DNA of 64,000 nucleotides, taken from NCBI GenBank assembly GCA_963740355.1, contig CAVUDW010000002.1, forward strand, positions 160,001-224,000. The letters run 5' to 3'. The notes beneath the pieces are model-generated. The model ran no database searches, was not told where the DNA came from, and was given only the letters and a program-made list of their open reading frames with translations. The position numbers were made by a program, and so were the translations under genes. The first letter of the stretch is position 1. Every line of letters starts with the position of its first letter. This document shows, piece by piece, positions 1-10,829 of the stretch. The stretch comes from an uncultured Gemmatimonadaceae bacterium. GTDB taxonomy: Bacteria > Gemmatimonadota > Gemmatimonadetes > Gemmatimonadales > Gemmatimonadaceae.

Positions 1-1
1 T

Positions 2-1096
2 GACTGGCGACTCGACCTCGTGCGCGATGCAGCTCCCGACATCCATCACGCTCACGCGGTGGTACCCTCGACGGCGGTCCCGTCGTACATCGATTGGCTG
101 ATCACGTCGCGCGCGATCGATGTCGTGCTGCTCAGTCACAGCTATCTCGGCTTCCACGCTCTGCCATATCTCCGAGCACGTCACCCGACGGTTGCGTTCG
201 TGGACTATGTGCACACCGATTGGTTCGAGAGCGCGATGTATGGCAGCTATGCTACGATGGCATCGCGGTTCGAGGGGCAACTGGATGCACAGCTGGCCAC
301 CAGCGTCGCGCTGGCGTCGCAGCTGATCGACGCCGGTTGCGATGCGGCTGCCGTGCGTACCGCACATATCGGCATCGATACAGCGGCGTGGCGACATGCG
401 GGGCCGCGACTCGAGGCGGTGCGCACGTCGCTGGGTGCCTCGAAGGACACGGTCGTGTTGCTGTTTTCTGGTCGCATCTCGCCGGAGAAACGGCCGGAGC
501 TGGCGGTCGACGCGCTGGTGCAGTTGCGTGCCGAAGGGACGGATGCGCTGCTGGTATTCGCCGGGAGTGGCCAACTCCTGCAGGCCACTCACGAGCGCTC
601 GGTTGCGCTCGGCGTGGAGTCGTCCTGCAAGTTCCTTGGTGAACTGGACGAGGCCACACTCCGTCACGTCTATGCGGCTGCGGACCTCTTCATCGCGCCA
701 TCGGCGATAGAAGGGATTGCACGCTCGCTGTATGAAGCGATGGCGATGGGGTGCGTGCCGGTGGTCTCAGACGTCGGTGGCCAGCGCGAGCTGGTGATCG
801 ATGGCACGGGCAGCCTGGTGAATGCGGCCTGTGCGACTGCCTCGCCGTATGTGGACGGTATTCGTCCCTGGCTCGCCCGCGACGCGAGAAGCCGCGCGAG
901 CGCCGCAGCACGCGCACACATCGTGGCACACTTCGACAGTCACCGCACGGTTCAGAAGGTCTGCGACGCGCTGCGCCTTGGCATCACGCGGCGAGTCATT
1001 CGGCAGGAGACGCTGCCGGCGGCGATGGCTGAGGAGCTGGCGGTGATGGCGATCGAAGTGATGCGGCGCCACGTGCTCAAGATCGTGTCGCGGTAG
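2..1096 (+). CDS. Glycosyltransferase family 4 (GT-B), 5' end runs off the window
   Basis: Frame is open from position 2. Motifs FSGRISPEKRP, ADLFIAPSAIEG and LYEAMAMG..VVSDVGG are typical of the Glycos_transf_1 domain. Confidence 0.88.
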   Translation, partial: DWRLDLVRDAAPDIHHAHAVVPSTAVPSYIDWLITSRAIDVVLLSHSYLGFHALPYLRARHPTVAFVDYVHTDWFESAMYGSYATMASRFEGQLDAQLATSVALASQLIDAGCDAAAVRTAHIGIDTAAWRHAGPRLEAVRTSLGASKDTVVLLFSGRISPEKRPELAVDALVQLRAEGTDALLVFAGSGQLLQATHERSVALGVESSCKFLGELDEATLRHVYAAADLFIAPSAIEGIARSLYEAMAMGCVPVVSDVGGQRELVIDGTGSLVNAACATASPYVDGIRPWLARDARSRASAAARAHIVAHFDSHRTVQKVCDALRLGITRRVIRQETLPAAMAEELAVMAIEVMRRHVLKIVSR

Positions 1097-1108
1097 TTGC
1101 TGGCCCAT

Positions 1109-1154
1109 CGGCAGTCCATGCCGCCCGTTCGATCGCACTCGGCAGAGCATGCCG
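1109..1154. promoter_or_regulatory. Two perfect CGGCA-N5-TGCCG palindromes (candidate enhancer sites)
   Basis: CGGCAGTCCATGCCG at 1109-1123 and CGGCAGAGCATGCCG at 1140-1154, 31 bp apart, upstream of a sigma54 box. Confidence 0.6.
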
Positions 1155-1208
1155 TTCGAGGGTAACGAGCGGATTTCGTAAACGCATGTCGCAGAAGGCT
1201 TTAGCGAA

Positions 1209-1225
1209 CGGCATGGCCCGTGCTT
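1209..1225 (+). promoter_or_regulatory. Sigma54 -24/-12 promoter for the first asnB-like gene
   Basis: CGGCATGGCCCGTGCTT gives GG-N10-GC and matches TGGCAC-N5-TTGC. A 25-bp IHF-like dyad lies at 1179-1203. Confidence 0.7.
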
Positions 1226-1311
1226 TAGGGGGCATGTGGCGCCATGCGTTCCACAGGTGTGCCTTCAGCGTTTCGCTCGACCTTTCTCACTTCGCAACAC
1301 CCGACCATCCC

Positions 1312-3216
1312 ATGTGCGGCATCGCAGGCATCGTGAACGTGCAGGGCACGCCCGTTTCGCCGGGTGTGCTCCGTGCGATGACGGATATCGTGCGACATCG
1401 TGGTCCGGACGGCGAAGGCCAGTGGATCAGGAACGGGGTGGGCTTCGGGCATCGTCGCCTCGCGATCGTCGACCTGTCGCCTGCCGGCGCGCAACCGATG
1501 CAGAGCAGCGACGGCGCGTATGTGATCACCTTCAATGGCGAGATCTACAACTGGCGGGAGTTGCGAACGGAGCTCGGCAAGCGAGGCGCGGTGTTCCGCT
1601 CACACAGCGACACCGAGGTGTTGCTGGAAGCCTACCGAGTCTGGGGGCCGAAGTGCCTCGAGAAGCTGAATGGCATGTTTGCATTCGCGATCTGGGATTC
1701 GCGCAACTCACGTGTCTTCCTGGCGCGTGACCGCTACGGCATCAAGCCCCTCTACTATCGCTGGGATGGCCAGACGCTGCTGTTCGGCTCCGAGATCAAG
1801 TCGATCCTGCAGCATCCCTCGGTCAGTGTGCGCGTCGATCAGGCCGCACTGGGCGAATACTTCTCGTTCCAGAACGTGTTCAGTGACCGCACGTTGTTCG
1901 ACGGCATCAAGCTGCTGCCGCGTGCGTCATCGATCACGTTGGAGCTCGGCCGGCCAGAGTCCTTCGACATCACGCGCTGGTGGGACTACCAGTTCGTGGA
2001 GGAGAAGGGAGTCAGCGAGGGAGAGTATCTCGAGGAACTGGACCGACTGTTTCAGCAGGCTGTGGAGCGCCAGGTGCAGGCGGATGTCGAGGTCGGCACG
2101 TACCTCAGCGGTGGTATCGACTCAGGTGCAGTCACCTGCATCACGGCACGGCGATTCCAGAACGTGAAGAGTTTCACGGCTGGCTTCGACCTGTCGTCGG
2201 CCTCCGGGCTCGAGATGGCGTTCGACGAGCGCGCCAAGGCCGAGATTCTTTCTGCTGCCTATCGTACCGAGCACTATCAAGTGGTGCTGAAGGCGGGCGA
2301 CATGGAGCGCATCCTGCCGGACCTGGTCTGGCACCTGGAGGACCTGCGTGTCGGTCAGAGTTATCCGAACTATTACATCTCCCGGCTGGCGTCGCGCTTC
2401 GTAAAGGTGGTGCTGGCTGGCACCGGTGGCGACGAGATCTTCGCCGGCTATCCGTGGCGCTACTATCGCGCGGTGAAAAACGACGACGCGTCGCAGTATC
2501 TCGACAAGTACTACGCATACTGGCAGCGACTGGTCCCCGAGCAGCATCGTGGTTCGTTCTTCCGCCCGTCGGTGCAACGCGCGATGGTGACGCACACGCC
2601 GGAAGCGGCGTTCCGCAGTGTGCTACGCCGGCGGTCGTTCCTCGCGATGACGCCGGATGACTACGTCAACCACTCGCTCTATTTCGAGCTGTCCACCTTC
2701 CTCAGCGGGCTGCTGGTGGTGGAGGACAAACTCTCGATGGCGCACGGGCTGGAGACGCGCGTGCCGTTCCTCGACAACGACCTGGTTGACTTCGCGCTGC
2801 GTGTGCCGGTGAAGTACAAGCTGAAGAACGTGGACAAGATCGTGCGCATCGACGAGAACACCCCAGGCTTGAAGCGCCAGAAGTACTTCGATGAAACGGG
2901 TGACGGAAAGTTGATCCTGCGCAAGGCGCTCGCGCGCTATGTACCGGCCGGATACGCGAATGGCCGCAAGCAAGGCTTCTCTGCGCCCGATGGCAGCTGG
3001 TTCCGTGGGCAGAGCATCGACTACATCCGGAAGCTGCTGCACGCGAAGGATGCGCGGATCTACGAGTTCCTCGATCCCGAGACGGTGCACACCGTGCTTG
3101 ATGAACACGTGTCAGGAACGACGAATCACCGCTTGGTGATCTGGTCGATGCTCTGCTTCGAGTGGTGGCTGCGCCGGTTCCGCGACGGCGAAGCGGTCGC
3201 GGCGAACGCTGCCTGA
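1312..3216 (+). CDS. asnB: Asparagine synthase (glutamine-hydrolysing) family amidotransferase, probably amidating a glycan
   Basis: N-terminal MCGIAG (Ntn nucleophile Cys), HRGPD, FNGEIYN, LSGGIDS, GGDEIFAGY and RVPFLD. Start reassigned to the MCG ATG. Confidence 0.92.
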   Translation: MCGIAGIVNVQGTPVSPGVLRAMTDIVRHRGPDGEGQWIRNGVGFGHRRLAIVDLSPAGAQPMQSSDGAYVITFNGEIYNWRELRTELGKRGAVFRSHSDTEVLLEAYRVWGPKCLEKLNGMFAFAIWDSRNSRVFLARDRYGIKPLYYRWDGQTLLFGSEIKSILQHPSVSVRVDQAALGEYFSFQNVFSDRTLFDGIKLLPRASSITLELGRPESFDITRWWDYQFVEEKGVSEGEYLEELDRLFQQAVERQVQADVEVGTYLSGGIDSGAVTCITARRFQNVKSFTAGFDLSSASGLEMAFDERAKAEILSAAYRTEHYQVVLKAGDMERILPDLVWHLEDLRVGQSYPNYYISRLASRFVKVVLAGTGGDEIFAGYPWRYYRAVKNDDASQYLDKYYAYWQRLVPEQHRGSFFRPSVQRAMVTHTPEAAFRSVLRRRSFLAMTPDDYVNHSLYFELSTFLSGLLVVEDKLSMAHGLETRVPFLDNDLVDFALRVPVKYKLKNVDKIVRIDENTPGLKRQKYFDETGDGKLILRKALARYVPAGYANGRKQGFSAPDGSWFRGQSIDYIRKLLHAKDARIYEFLDPETVHTVLDEHVSGTTNHRLVIWSMLCFEWWLRRFRDGEAVAANAA

Positions 3217-3242
3217 CTTTGTGTACGCCGCGCCGCTCGCGA

Positions 3243-4880
3243 TCAGGCGCGGGCGGTGATGGCTGCGTCGAGGGTACTCACGAGGTCCTGGCGCCCGCAG
3301 GCGATGAACATCGCGTTCATCTCATCGAGCGCTTCGTGGAAGGTGCGCGTTCCGCGGGCGTGAATGCTGCGCCGCGGTGCCTCGAGGTCGTCGGCAAGGG
3401 CGAGCGCGGCCGAGGCCGCGTCGGTCAGTCCGGCGGCGGTGAACACCGCCCAGCGCGCCCATTCGAGCTCGGCACGATGCATGTCCGGGAAGGTGGCAGC
3501 ATGCGACACCGCCTCATCGACACGTCCGAGCGCGAGCAGCGTGATCAGCCACATCGCCCACTCGATCGGATCAGGCTCGCGGCCACCGTGGGTGAGGATC
3601 ATCTCGATCGACGCCTTGAGGAAGAAGAGCGCGTCATTCGGCTTGCCGGTGTGCAGCAGGCAGGTGGCGAAGCCAAGTCGTGGCTCCGCCATGTACGGCG
3701 TGTAGGCCACACACTGTGCGAACTGTTCCATCGCCGAGGCAAACTCGCCACGATCAACCGCGTGCCATGCCGTGCGCAGCAGCGCTCGATCGGTCGAGGC
3801 GCTGTCGATGTGCACCTGCTGGTCGGGCGCGTGCTCCGCCACGATACGGAGATCGCCACACATCGTCGACTGCACGATACGCTGGCCAGGCTGCATTTGC
3901 TTGTGAAGCTGGTACCACTGCAGGATCTGCGGGCGTTGTTGGATGGTATGATGCGAGTGGACGAGATCGAAGCCGTTGCGCGTGATGCGCTGCATCTCGT
4001 CGGGATGCCTGAAGAGGTGGTCGACCACGTCACGCACATCACCTTCGTCGGCGAAGACACAGTTTTCCATGTGCCGGAACCCGAACTCGCGGAGGATCGG
4101 CGTCTCCTCAGTGAGCAGCAGGCTGGCCGACGCCGGGATCTCGAGGTGCTTATTGACCAGTGCCTTCACCATGCCGCCGCAGGTCGGCGTGATGTACGCC
4201 GAGTTGATCAAGCGACTATACGGCTCGTCGAAGAGTGCCTGTGATGAATACTTCGGCGAATAGCCGACATGCGGCACCACGACGGTCTGAAAGTGCTCCG
4301 ACACGGCGGCGCGGATTCGCTTGCGCCAGGCGTACTGTGCGATGTCGGTGTTCCCCATGAACAGGATGGGCAGCAGCTTCTGCTGGCCGTAGTCACGATA
4401 GATCGTGGCGTCGACGGCGAAGGGCCAGTAGAACAAATTGTCGGCGATTTCCGGCAGGTAGTCGCCGGCGTTCGACACGTACGTGAACCAGGTGTCGATA
4501 CCCCACCGCTCCATCTCGGCGTAGAACGTGGTGCGGGATGGACACATCGGGTCGGCCCGCATGAAGCCCAGTTTCGGGATTGCGGGGTGCGACGAGGTGT
4601 TGCTGATGCTGGTGTAGGGGCCGGCGTAGTTGTTGTTGCCACTTTCGAAGAGAGTCAGGTCCGGCTGGTGCAGGTCGCAGATCTCGCCGTAGTCGCAGTC
4701 GTTCTCGACGATGACGAGGTCGAACCATTCCGAGAGCCCAGTGACGAACAATCGCTCGAAGAGCCGCTGGTTGAACGGCGGGTACGAGGTCAGTGGCCAA
4801 CGGAAATACACCATCCGCGGCTTCGCGGATGGTGTATCGAGCGTCTGTGGATGCACGCAGTGCCGAATGGTGCTGATCAT
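3243..4880 (-). CDS. Glycosyltransferase (CgeB/Glyco_trans_1_2-like) with C-terminal TPR-like helices
   Basis: PFAVD..IY, ILFMG, KHLEIPASASLLLT and MQRITRNG..HHT segments, then a helical TPR-like region. ATGA overlap with the upstream gene. Confidence 0.7.
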   Translation of the reverse strand: MISTIRHCVHPQTLDTPSAKPRMVYFRWPLTSYPPFNQRLFERLFVTGLSEWFDLVIVENDCDYGEICDLHQPDLTLFESGNNNYAGPYTSISNTSSHPAIPKLGFMRADPMCPSRTTFYAEMERWGIDTWFTYVSNAGDYLPEIADNLFYWPFAVDATIYRDYGQQKLLPILFMGNTDIAQYAWRKRIRAAVSEHFQTVVVPHVGYSPKYSSQALFDEPYSRLINSAYITPTCGGMVKALVNKHLEIPASASLLLTEETPILREFGFRHMENCVFADEGDVRDVVDHLFRHPDEMQRITRNGFDLVHSHHTIQQRPQILQWYQLHKQMQPGQRIVQSTMCGDLRIVAEHAPDQQVHIDSASTDRALLRTAWHAVDRGEFASAMEQFAQCVAYTPYMAEPRLGFATCLLHTGKPNDALFFLKASIEMILTHGGREPDPIEWAMWLITLLALGRVDEAVSHAATFPDMHRAELEWARWAVFTAAGLTDAASAALALADDLEAPRRSIHARGTRTFHEALDEMNAMFIACGRQDLVSTLDAAITARA

Positions 4881-5893
4881 TTCACCAGCTGACCATCACG
4901 CGCCTGGTTCCAGCTGTAGGTCTGGATCGTGTCCTCGACAACCGGCTTCTCTTCCGAGAAGAGGTCGCGCAGGGCCTTGGTGTAGTCAGCGCCCCAGCGG
5001 ATCACTTTCCAGTCGGTGCAGCTGGCGCAGGTCGGATGCTTGAAGGTGCGATCGAGGTGGCTCTGGCGCAGCGCCTTGAAGGTCTCGGATTGCCAGATGG
5101 CCTGCAGCGAGCCCCCTTCGTCGAGTGTGGTGAGGGTCGTGTCCTTCATCCAGTCGTCGGGGCAGAAGCGCACGCGGCCGTCCCACGTGACCACCAGTCG
5201 CGTGAACACGACGAGGCAGGGCCAGCGGTTTTCGACTTCGCGCTCCTCGATGTTCTTCTTCGGCGTCAGGCCCTTCGTGTCGACGTAGTTGCGGATGATG
5301 ACCTTGTCCACAATCTGCGACCAGAAGGTGTTGAAAACTTCCAGCTCCTCGTTGCTCACTTCCGGCTGTTGCACGATGCTGACCATCACCTTCACGTTGT
5401 CGCGCTTCAGCTTGTCGCGCTGGAGCACGAACTCCATGATGTTGCGCATGATGCGGCGGTAGTCGCCACGGACGCGGATCTTCTCGTAGGTCTCGCGATA
5501 GAAGCCATCGAGGCTGATCTCAACCGAGACTTTCGTTTCCGACTCTCGCAGCAAGACCTCGGCGCGATCCCCTTCGAGGAACATGCCGTTGGTATTGAAG
5601 GCGAAGGTGTCGATGCCCTTGTCCTGCACGTACTCCACCTGCTCGACCCACGACTTGAGCAGCATCGGCTCGCCATCCGGCGTGATGCGGAGCGCAGCGT
5701 TGTGTTGTGCGACTTCGTCCACGACACGCTTCCAGAGCGCCATGTCGATGGTCTTCGCTTTGTAGCCGGGAATGGCCGCATGCACATCCGAGTGCGGGCA
5801 GTGAATGCACCGCAGGTTGCAGATGTTCGTCGTCTCGACGTGAACGATCGGCGGAAAGGATTCGTCTGCGGGCTTCAGGAAACCGAATGTCAT
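4877..5893 (-). CDS. Radical SAM protein with SPASM/twitch domain
   Basis: CNLRCIHC (CxxxCxxC), GEP, NTNG and ISLDG motifs; C-terminal WPC..DGRVRFC..CASC. ATGA overlap at the start. Confidence 0.88.
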   Translation of the reverse strand: MTFGFLKPADESFPPIVHVETTNICNLRCIHCPHSDVHAAIPGYKAKTIDMALWKRVVDEVAQHNAALRITPDGEPMLLKSWVEQVEYVQDKGIDTFAFNTNGMFLEGDRAEVLLRESETKVSVEISLDGFYRETYEKIRVRGDYRRIMRNIMEFVLQRDKLKRDNVKVMVSIVQQPEVSNEELEVFNTFWSQIVDKVIIRNYVDTKGLTPKKNIEEREVENRWPCLVVFTRLVVTWDGRVRFCPDDWMKDTTLTTLDEGGSLQAIWQSETFKALRQSHLDRTFKHPTCASCTDWKVIRWGADYTKALRDLFSEEKPVVEDTIQTYSWNQARDGQLVK

Positions 5894-7005
5894 TCGCCGG
5901 CGCTCGTGGGAGTGGGACTGGATGGGGTAGTGAACTGCTCGAACGGCATCACGTAGTGCCAGGGATAGCTGGCGCGGATCGTGTCCATCGGCACCTGCCG
6001 CAGGGTGGTGATGTCGCCAGTGATGCGGGTCAGATAGTGGTGCTGGCCTTCGAGCGAGCCCCACTTCTGCTTGAACTGGTAGACGCCCGAAGTGCGGGAG
6101 CTACTCGACTGCCAATTGAAGTATCGGTAGCCCGCGTCGCGGGCCCAGTCGAGCGCATCGACGATCAGCACGCTGGTCGCGAGCGTCTTGGTGGCGGCGG
6201 AACTGCCGCTGAGCATGAAACAGTCGAGCACATCGTGCTGGCCAACGAACATGCAGCCGGCGACGACGGTGTCGCCGTCGAGCACGTAACACATGGTGCC
6301 CTTGCCGGCACCGATGACCTGGGTGCGGATGGCATCGAGGAATGCGCGTGGCAGTCGTGCAGCACTGAGTTCGGTCATGCGCGAAGCGTGAATCGCATCC
6401 CAGGCGTCGAAGTGCTGGTCGCTGTCGGTGAAGACAGTCGTGAGCCCGAACTTCGCCTTCGCCTGCGCGGCCCGTTTCACGTACTTCGCGACGTCGAAGG
6501 GCTGCAGCGCGGCGTCCTGCGCCACGTCAGCAGCGAGATCGATGTACTGGTAGAAGTTCTCGCGCACGAAGTCAGGCGCGAAGTACTCCAGATAGAGCGG
6601 CAGGTCGGCGTAGAACGGCGGCGTCGCGATGGTCGCCAGAAGGCAGCCGCGACTCCTCGCCTCGTTCGTGAACGCATCGAGCAGTGCCTGGTAAATCTCG
6701 CTGCGCTGCGGATGCGCCGGATCGACCACCACGCCACCGTATCCGCCAGGCTGGGGTACCGATAGCAGCAGTGCACCGTGTGGGCCGCTGAACTCGTACG
6801 CCGGCAGGGCGCCGAGAACTCGACCGTCGTCGTCGCGCGCGAGGAAATAGACCGGGATGTCGCGCTGGTCGAAGGCGAGTGCTTCGCGCCATTCCCACGA
6901 ATGCTGCACCAGTGCCCCAGGGCATGACGCAATGAACCGCCGATATTCGGCGGCGCTGACGTCGGCGCTGACGTCGGTGCTGACGCGGATGCAGGCGCCG
7001 ATCAT
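5890..7005 (-). CDS. FemAB/GNAT-family acyl- or aminoacyl-transferase
   Basis: QHSWEW, PGGYGG, ALDWARDAGYRYFNW and GVYQFKQKWG resemble FemABX/Acetyltransf_6 proteins. Confidence 0.75.
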   Translation of the reverse strand: MIGACIRVSTDVSADVSAAEYRRFIASCPGALVQHSWEWREALAFDQRDIPVYFLARDDDGRVLGALPAYEFSGPHGALLLSVPQPGGYGGVVVDPAHPQRSEIYQALLDAFTNEARSRGCLLATIATPPFYADLPLYLEYFAPDFVRENFYQYIDLAADVAQDAALQPFDVAKYVKRAAQAKAKFGLTTVFTDSDQHFDAWDAIHASRMTELSAARLPRAFLDAIRTQVIGAGKGTMCYVLDGDTVVAGCMFVGQHDVLDCFMLSGSSAATKTLATSVLIVDALDWARDAGYRYFNWQSSSSRTSGVYQFKQKWGSLEGQHHYLTRITGDITTLRQVPMDTIRASYPWHYVMPFEQFTTPSSPTPTSAGE

Positions 7006-7006
7006 C

Positions 7007-8170
7007 TCAGGCCCCGACCGTGGCGTAAACGTCGTGCAGCGCACCCGCCACCTCGCGCACATCGTCGTCCGGCATACCGGCATAGAGCGGAATCGCGATC
7101 GACAGCGACTCGGCCAGCAGTGACTGCGGACAGGTGCTTGCGTCGAGGGCGTAGCGGCCAGCGTAGTAGGTCGTGTGCGGCACGGAGTGCGTGCCCTGAC
7201 GCGTGCCGATGCCACGCTGCTCGAGCGCGGTCATGATCGCATTGCGCTGCTCGTGCAGGCCGAGGCGATTGGCTTCGGTGGGCGCTTCGGGCGCAAAGAG
7301 GCAGACGTAAGACTGATAGCTGTGACCGACGCCGTCCCGCTGTGCAGGCAGACGCAACCAGTCACAGTCGGCCAGCAGCGTATCGTAGAGCGCAGCGCAG
7401 TGCCGACGGCTGGCGAGAATGGTCTCTGCCTTGGCCATCTGCGTGCAGCCGAGCGCACCCTGAATGTCGGTGAGGCGATAGTTGAAGCCGCCGATCGGGA
7501 AATCGGGGAGCATGAAGGGTGCTGATGGACCACTGGCGCGCACGGCACCGTGATCGCGCAGTGATCGGCAGCGACTGTCGATTGCCGCGCTGGCGGTGGT
7601 GATCATTCCCCCTTCGCCGGTCGTGATCGCCTTCCGCGGATGGAAGGAGAAGCAGCCGGCATCGCCGAAGCCCCCGACGTGTGTGCCATGCAGCGTGGTG
7701 CCGAACCCGCAGGCCGCGTCCTCGATCACGCGCAGGTCGTGCTTGCGGGCGATCGCCATGATGCGATCCATGTCGGCCGCGAAGCCGAACTGGTGCACCG
7801 GGAGAATGGCACGTGTGCGCGAGGTGATGCTGGCTTCGATCAGCTCGGGGTCGATCGTGAAGGTGTCGAGATCGATGTCCACGAAGACCGGCACGGCACC
7901 GGCCTGTTCGACGCTGTTGGCGGTCGCGATCCAGGTGAACGCAGGCACCAGCACTTCGTCACCAGCACCGATGCCGACCGCCTTCAATGCCATGTGCAGC
8001 GCCGTGGTGCAGGAGCTGGTGGCAACGCTGAATGGCTGACCCGTGAAGGTCGAGAAGCGCGACTCGAACTGTCGCACGTACTCGCCCTGCACGACCCAGC
8101 CCTTCTTCAACGGTTCAACGACGGCAGCGAAGTCGCTGTCGTCGAAGAACGTCTTCGAGATCGGAATCAC
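7007..8170 (-). CDS. DegT/DnrJ/EryC1/StrS PLP-dependent sugar aminotransferase
   Basis: [28 protein letters not shown] (PLP lysine) and GFNYRL. Confidence 0.93.
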   Translation of the reverse strand: MIPISKTFFDDSDFAAVVEPLKKGWVVQGEYVRQFESRFSTFTGQPFSVATSSCTTALHMALKAVGIGAGDEVLVPAFTWIATANSVEQAGAVPVFVDIDLDTFTIDPELIEASITSRTRAILPVHQFGFAADMDRIMAIARKHDLRVIEDAACGFGTTLHGTHVGGFGDAGCFSFHPRKAITTGEGGMITTASAAIDSRCRSLRDHGAVRASGPSAPFMLPDFPIGGFNYRLTDIQGALGCTQMAKAETILASRRHCAALYDTLLADCDWLRLPAQRDGVGHSYQSYVCLFAPEAPTEANRLGLHEQRNAIMTALEQRGIGTRQGTHSVPHTTYYAGRYALDASTCPQSLLAESLSIAIPLYAGMPDDDVREVAGALHDVYATVGA

Positions 8171-9132
8171 GCCGCGATGGCGCGTTGCAGCGCGTAGTAC
8201 TCGGCGGTGCGAAGGATGCCTTCCTCAAGGTCGACTTCAGCGGTGAAGCCAAGTACGTCGGTGGCCTTCTGGGCGGCAGGGATGCGCAGTTCGATGTCGG
8301 CGTAGTCGCGGCGAATGAACTTGATCTTCGACTTCGAGTTCAGCACCCGGACGACGGCGTTGGCGAGGCCGTAGATCGTGGTGACCGCAATCGCATTGCC
8401 GATATTGAACGATTCGCCAATGGCTTCCGGCTGCTCGAGGCACATCATGAGGGCGCGCGTCATGTCATCGACGTAGCACCAGGCGCGAATCTGCGTGCCG
8501 TTGCCGTGAATCTCGATGTCCTCGTTGCGGATCGCCTTCTGGATGAACTTCATGATCGCGCCCTCGCCGACCTGACCTGGGCCGTAGACATTGAACGGCC
8601 GCACGGTGACGGTGGGGACGCCGAACTCCTTGTGATAGGAGTGCGTGAGATGTTCCGCGGCCAGCTTGCCGACCGCATACACCCAGCGCGCCTCGCCCAC
8701 GGCGCCGATCTCGCACTTGTCGCCTTCGCCGGAGTTGTAGGCACGGGAACCGAACACTTCCGAGGTCGAGAAGTCGAGGAAGCGACGACAATCCTTCAGC
8801 GTGCGACAGGCCTCGAGCACGTTGGCCGTGCCGATGAGGTTGACGCGGAGCGTCTTGGTCGGGCTGATGATGACGGTGTCGATGCCCGCGATGGCGGCAG
8901 CGTGCACCACGTAGTTCGCGCCTTCGATGGCCTTCTCGACGGCGGCTGCGTCCATCACGTCGCCGCGGATGCGCTTCAGGTTCCGGTGGCCTGCGAACGG
9001 CTTATGCTGCAGCGAGTCGCGCGAGAAGTTGTCGAAGATCGTGACTTCGTTCTTCTCGACGTAGTGGCCAGCCAGCGTTGAGCCGATGAATCCGGCTCCG
9101 CCCGTGATGAAGATCCTGGCGCCTTCGATCAT
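8167..9132 (-). CDS. NAD-dependent nucleotide-sugar epimerase/dehydratase (extended SDR)
   Basis: [21 protein letters not shown] (YxxxK) and RPFNVYGP. Start reassigned to MIEGAR. Confidence 0.92.
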   Translation of the reverse strand: MIEGARIFITGGAGFIGSTLAGHYVEKNEVTIFDNFSRDSLQHKPFAGHRNLKRIRGDVMDAAAVEKAIEGANYVVHAAAIAGIDTVIISPTKTLRVNLIGTANVLEACRTLKDCRRFLDFSTSEVFGSRAYNSGEGDKCEIGAVGEARWVYAVGKLAAEHLTHSYHKEFGVPTVTVRPFNVYGPGQVGEGAIMKFIQKAIRNEDIEIHGNGTQIRAWCYVDDMTRALMMCLEQPEAIGESFNIGNAIAVTTIYGLANAVVRVLNSKSKIKFIRRDYADIELRIPAAQKATDVLGFTAEVDLEEGILRTAEYYALQRAIAA

Positions 9133-9272
9133 GTGGTGCTCCACCCGGTGTTGAAAGAGTTGGTGCACCCGCCCCGCTCGGGATCCCCACACATCTGGTG
9201 GTAGAGCCGAGGCGGGACGGATGCAGCACAACGGGCGTCGCGAGGACACCTGCGCTGCACAGAGCATCGGAA

Positions 9273-9289
9273 AAGCAGCAACCGTGCCG
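9273..9289 (-). promoter_or_regulatory. Sigma54 -24/-12 promoter of the epimerase-aminotransferase operon
   Basis: Minus strand CGGCACGGTTGCTGCTT (GG-N10-GC). Dyad at 9295-9319; CGGCAGAGTTGGCCG at 9398-9412. Confidence 0.72.
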
Positions 9290-9575
9290 AACCGTAAAGC
9301 GTTGCCTCGCAATAGTTTAGCAAAATGGGCGGTGGTGCCGGCAGAGAAATATTTGCCGCTCGCGACCCGAATCGGCCGTTTGATGCCGACGGACACCCGG
9401 CAGAGTTGGCCGACCTGGGACTGCCTCTGCACACCCATCGCACACCCACTCAGCAGCCGGAAAAGACATCTGTTTAGTCGTGGCCAGTCGCGCCCGACAC
9501 TGGAGCCATGAACAGGTGTTCCGTCGCGGCCGTGACGGGCTGCCGTGGGTGGATCCAGTGTGGGGGAAAACGTCG

Positions 9576-10829
9576 ATGCGACTCGACCAGAAGTACCGTG
9601 TAGTGAGTCTCTGCGAGGATGATCGCGTGGATCGGCGCATCCTCGATGGCGCACGCATGTTGAGCGAAGAAGGCTGGCCTACGCTGGTGATTGCGGCGCC
9701 ACCACTGATCGACTTGCGCGACGAGGAGAGTTATCCCGACGTACCCATCTTTCGCATGCCGTCACAGTACGTGCCTGGCGGCGAGGTGCCGACTGGTACG
9801 CTGCCACACGAGGAGTTGATCAATTCACTGTTTCGGTGGAGTCGGCGGGTGACGGCGGCGGCCCTCGCCTTTCCCGCTGAGGTCTACATCGCAAACGATC
9901 TTCCGCAATTGGCGGCTGGAATCATCGCGGCGCGCACCTACGGCAGCACGTTGATCTACGACGCACACGAGTTCTTTCCCGCGCAGCCGTTTGTCAAGGA
10001 TCGCAGTGAGAAGCTCGAGACCATCGAACGCGACCTGATCCAGTACGCCCACGGCATCGTGACGGTCAACGACAGCATCGCCGACGTCATGACCATGCAC
10101 TACAAGTGCATGCGGCCGCACATCGTGCTCAATTGCCCGACGCGACGACACCAGAAGACGGCGATGGTCGATGACGGCCGGATGCGAAAGTTCCTCGGTA
10201 TCGCACCAAGCCAGCGCATCCTGCTCTATCAGGGCAATCTGACGGCCTTTCGCAATCTCGAGGAGATGATCGAGGGCATGACGATGGTGCAGTCCGATGA
10301 TGTGGTGCTTGCACTGATGGGCCGAGCCTCCGAATTCTCGGAAGGACTGCAGCGTCGTGCGTCGGAGCTTGGAGTGCTTGGACGTCGCGTGTTCTTCATT
10401 CCCGAGAAGTCGGCCGGCGAGTTGCTGGCGTGGACGGCGGGTGCCGATGCCGGGATCATTCCCTATCCGCACACCGACCTGAATACGCTCATGTGCACGC
10501 CGAACAAGCTCTACGAGTTCCTCGCGTCCGGACTGCCGATCCTTGCCTCGCATGGGACGGAACTGCGCCGCTTCGTCGGCGATCTGGGTGTCGGGCGGAA
10601 TGCGCATCTCCAGACGCCGCGCGACTTTGCGACAGCCATCGACGCCTTCATGGCCGGGCCACTGGACGTGTGGCGCGCACGCTCGATGGAGCTGTCGGCA
10701 CGATACACGTGGGAGACGGAAGGGCGCCTCTGGTTCGACATCATTCGGCAGGCGCAGGAAGTACACCGCGCCAAGCCGTGGCCGGCGCAGCAGGTTGCCG
10801 CTTCTACACTCGAGTTGGTGTCGGTCTGA
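9576..10829 (+). CDS. Glycosyltransferase family 4
   Basis: [21 protein letters not shown] and [15 protein letters not shown]. Confidence 0.88.
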   Translation: MRLDQKYRVVSLCEDDRVDRRILDGARMLSEEGWPTLVIAAPPLIDLRDEESYPDVPIFRMPSQYVPGGEVPTGTLPHEELINSLFRWSRRVTAAALAFPAEVYIANDLPQLAAGIIAARTYGSTLIYDAHEFFPAQPFVKDRSEKLETIERDLIQYAHGIVTVNDSIADVMTMHYKCMRPHIVLNCPTRRHQKTAMVDDGRMRKFLGIAPSQRILLYQGNLTAFRNLEEMIEGMTMVQSDDVVLALMGRASEFSEGLQRRASELGVLGRRVFFIPEKSAGELLAWTAGADAGIIPYPHTDLNTLMCTPNKLYEFLASGLPILASHGTELRRFVGDLGVGRNAHLQTPRDFATAIDAFMAGPLDVWRARSMELSARYTWETEGRLWFDIIRQAQEVHRAKPWPAQQVAASTLELVSV

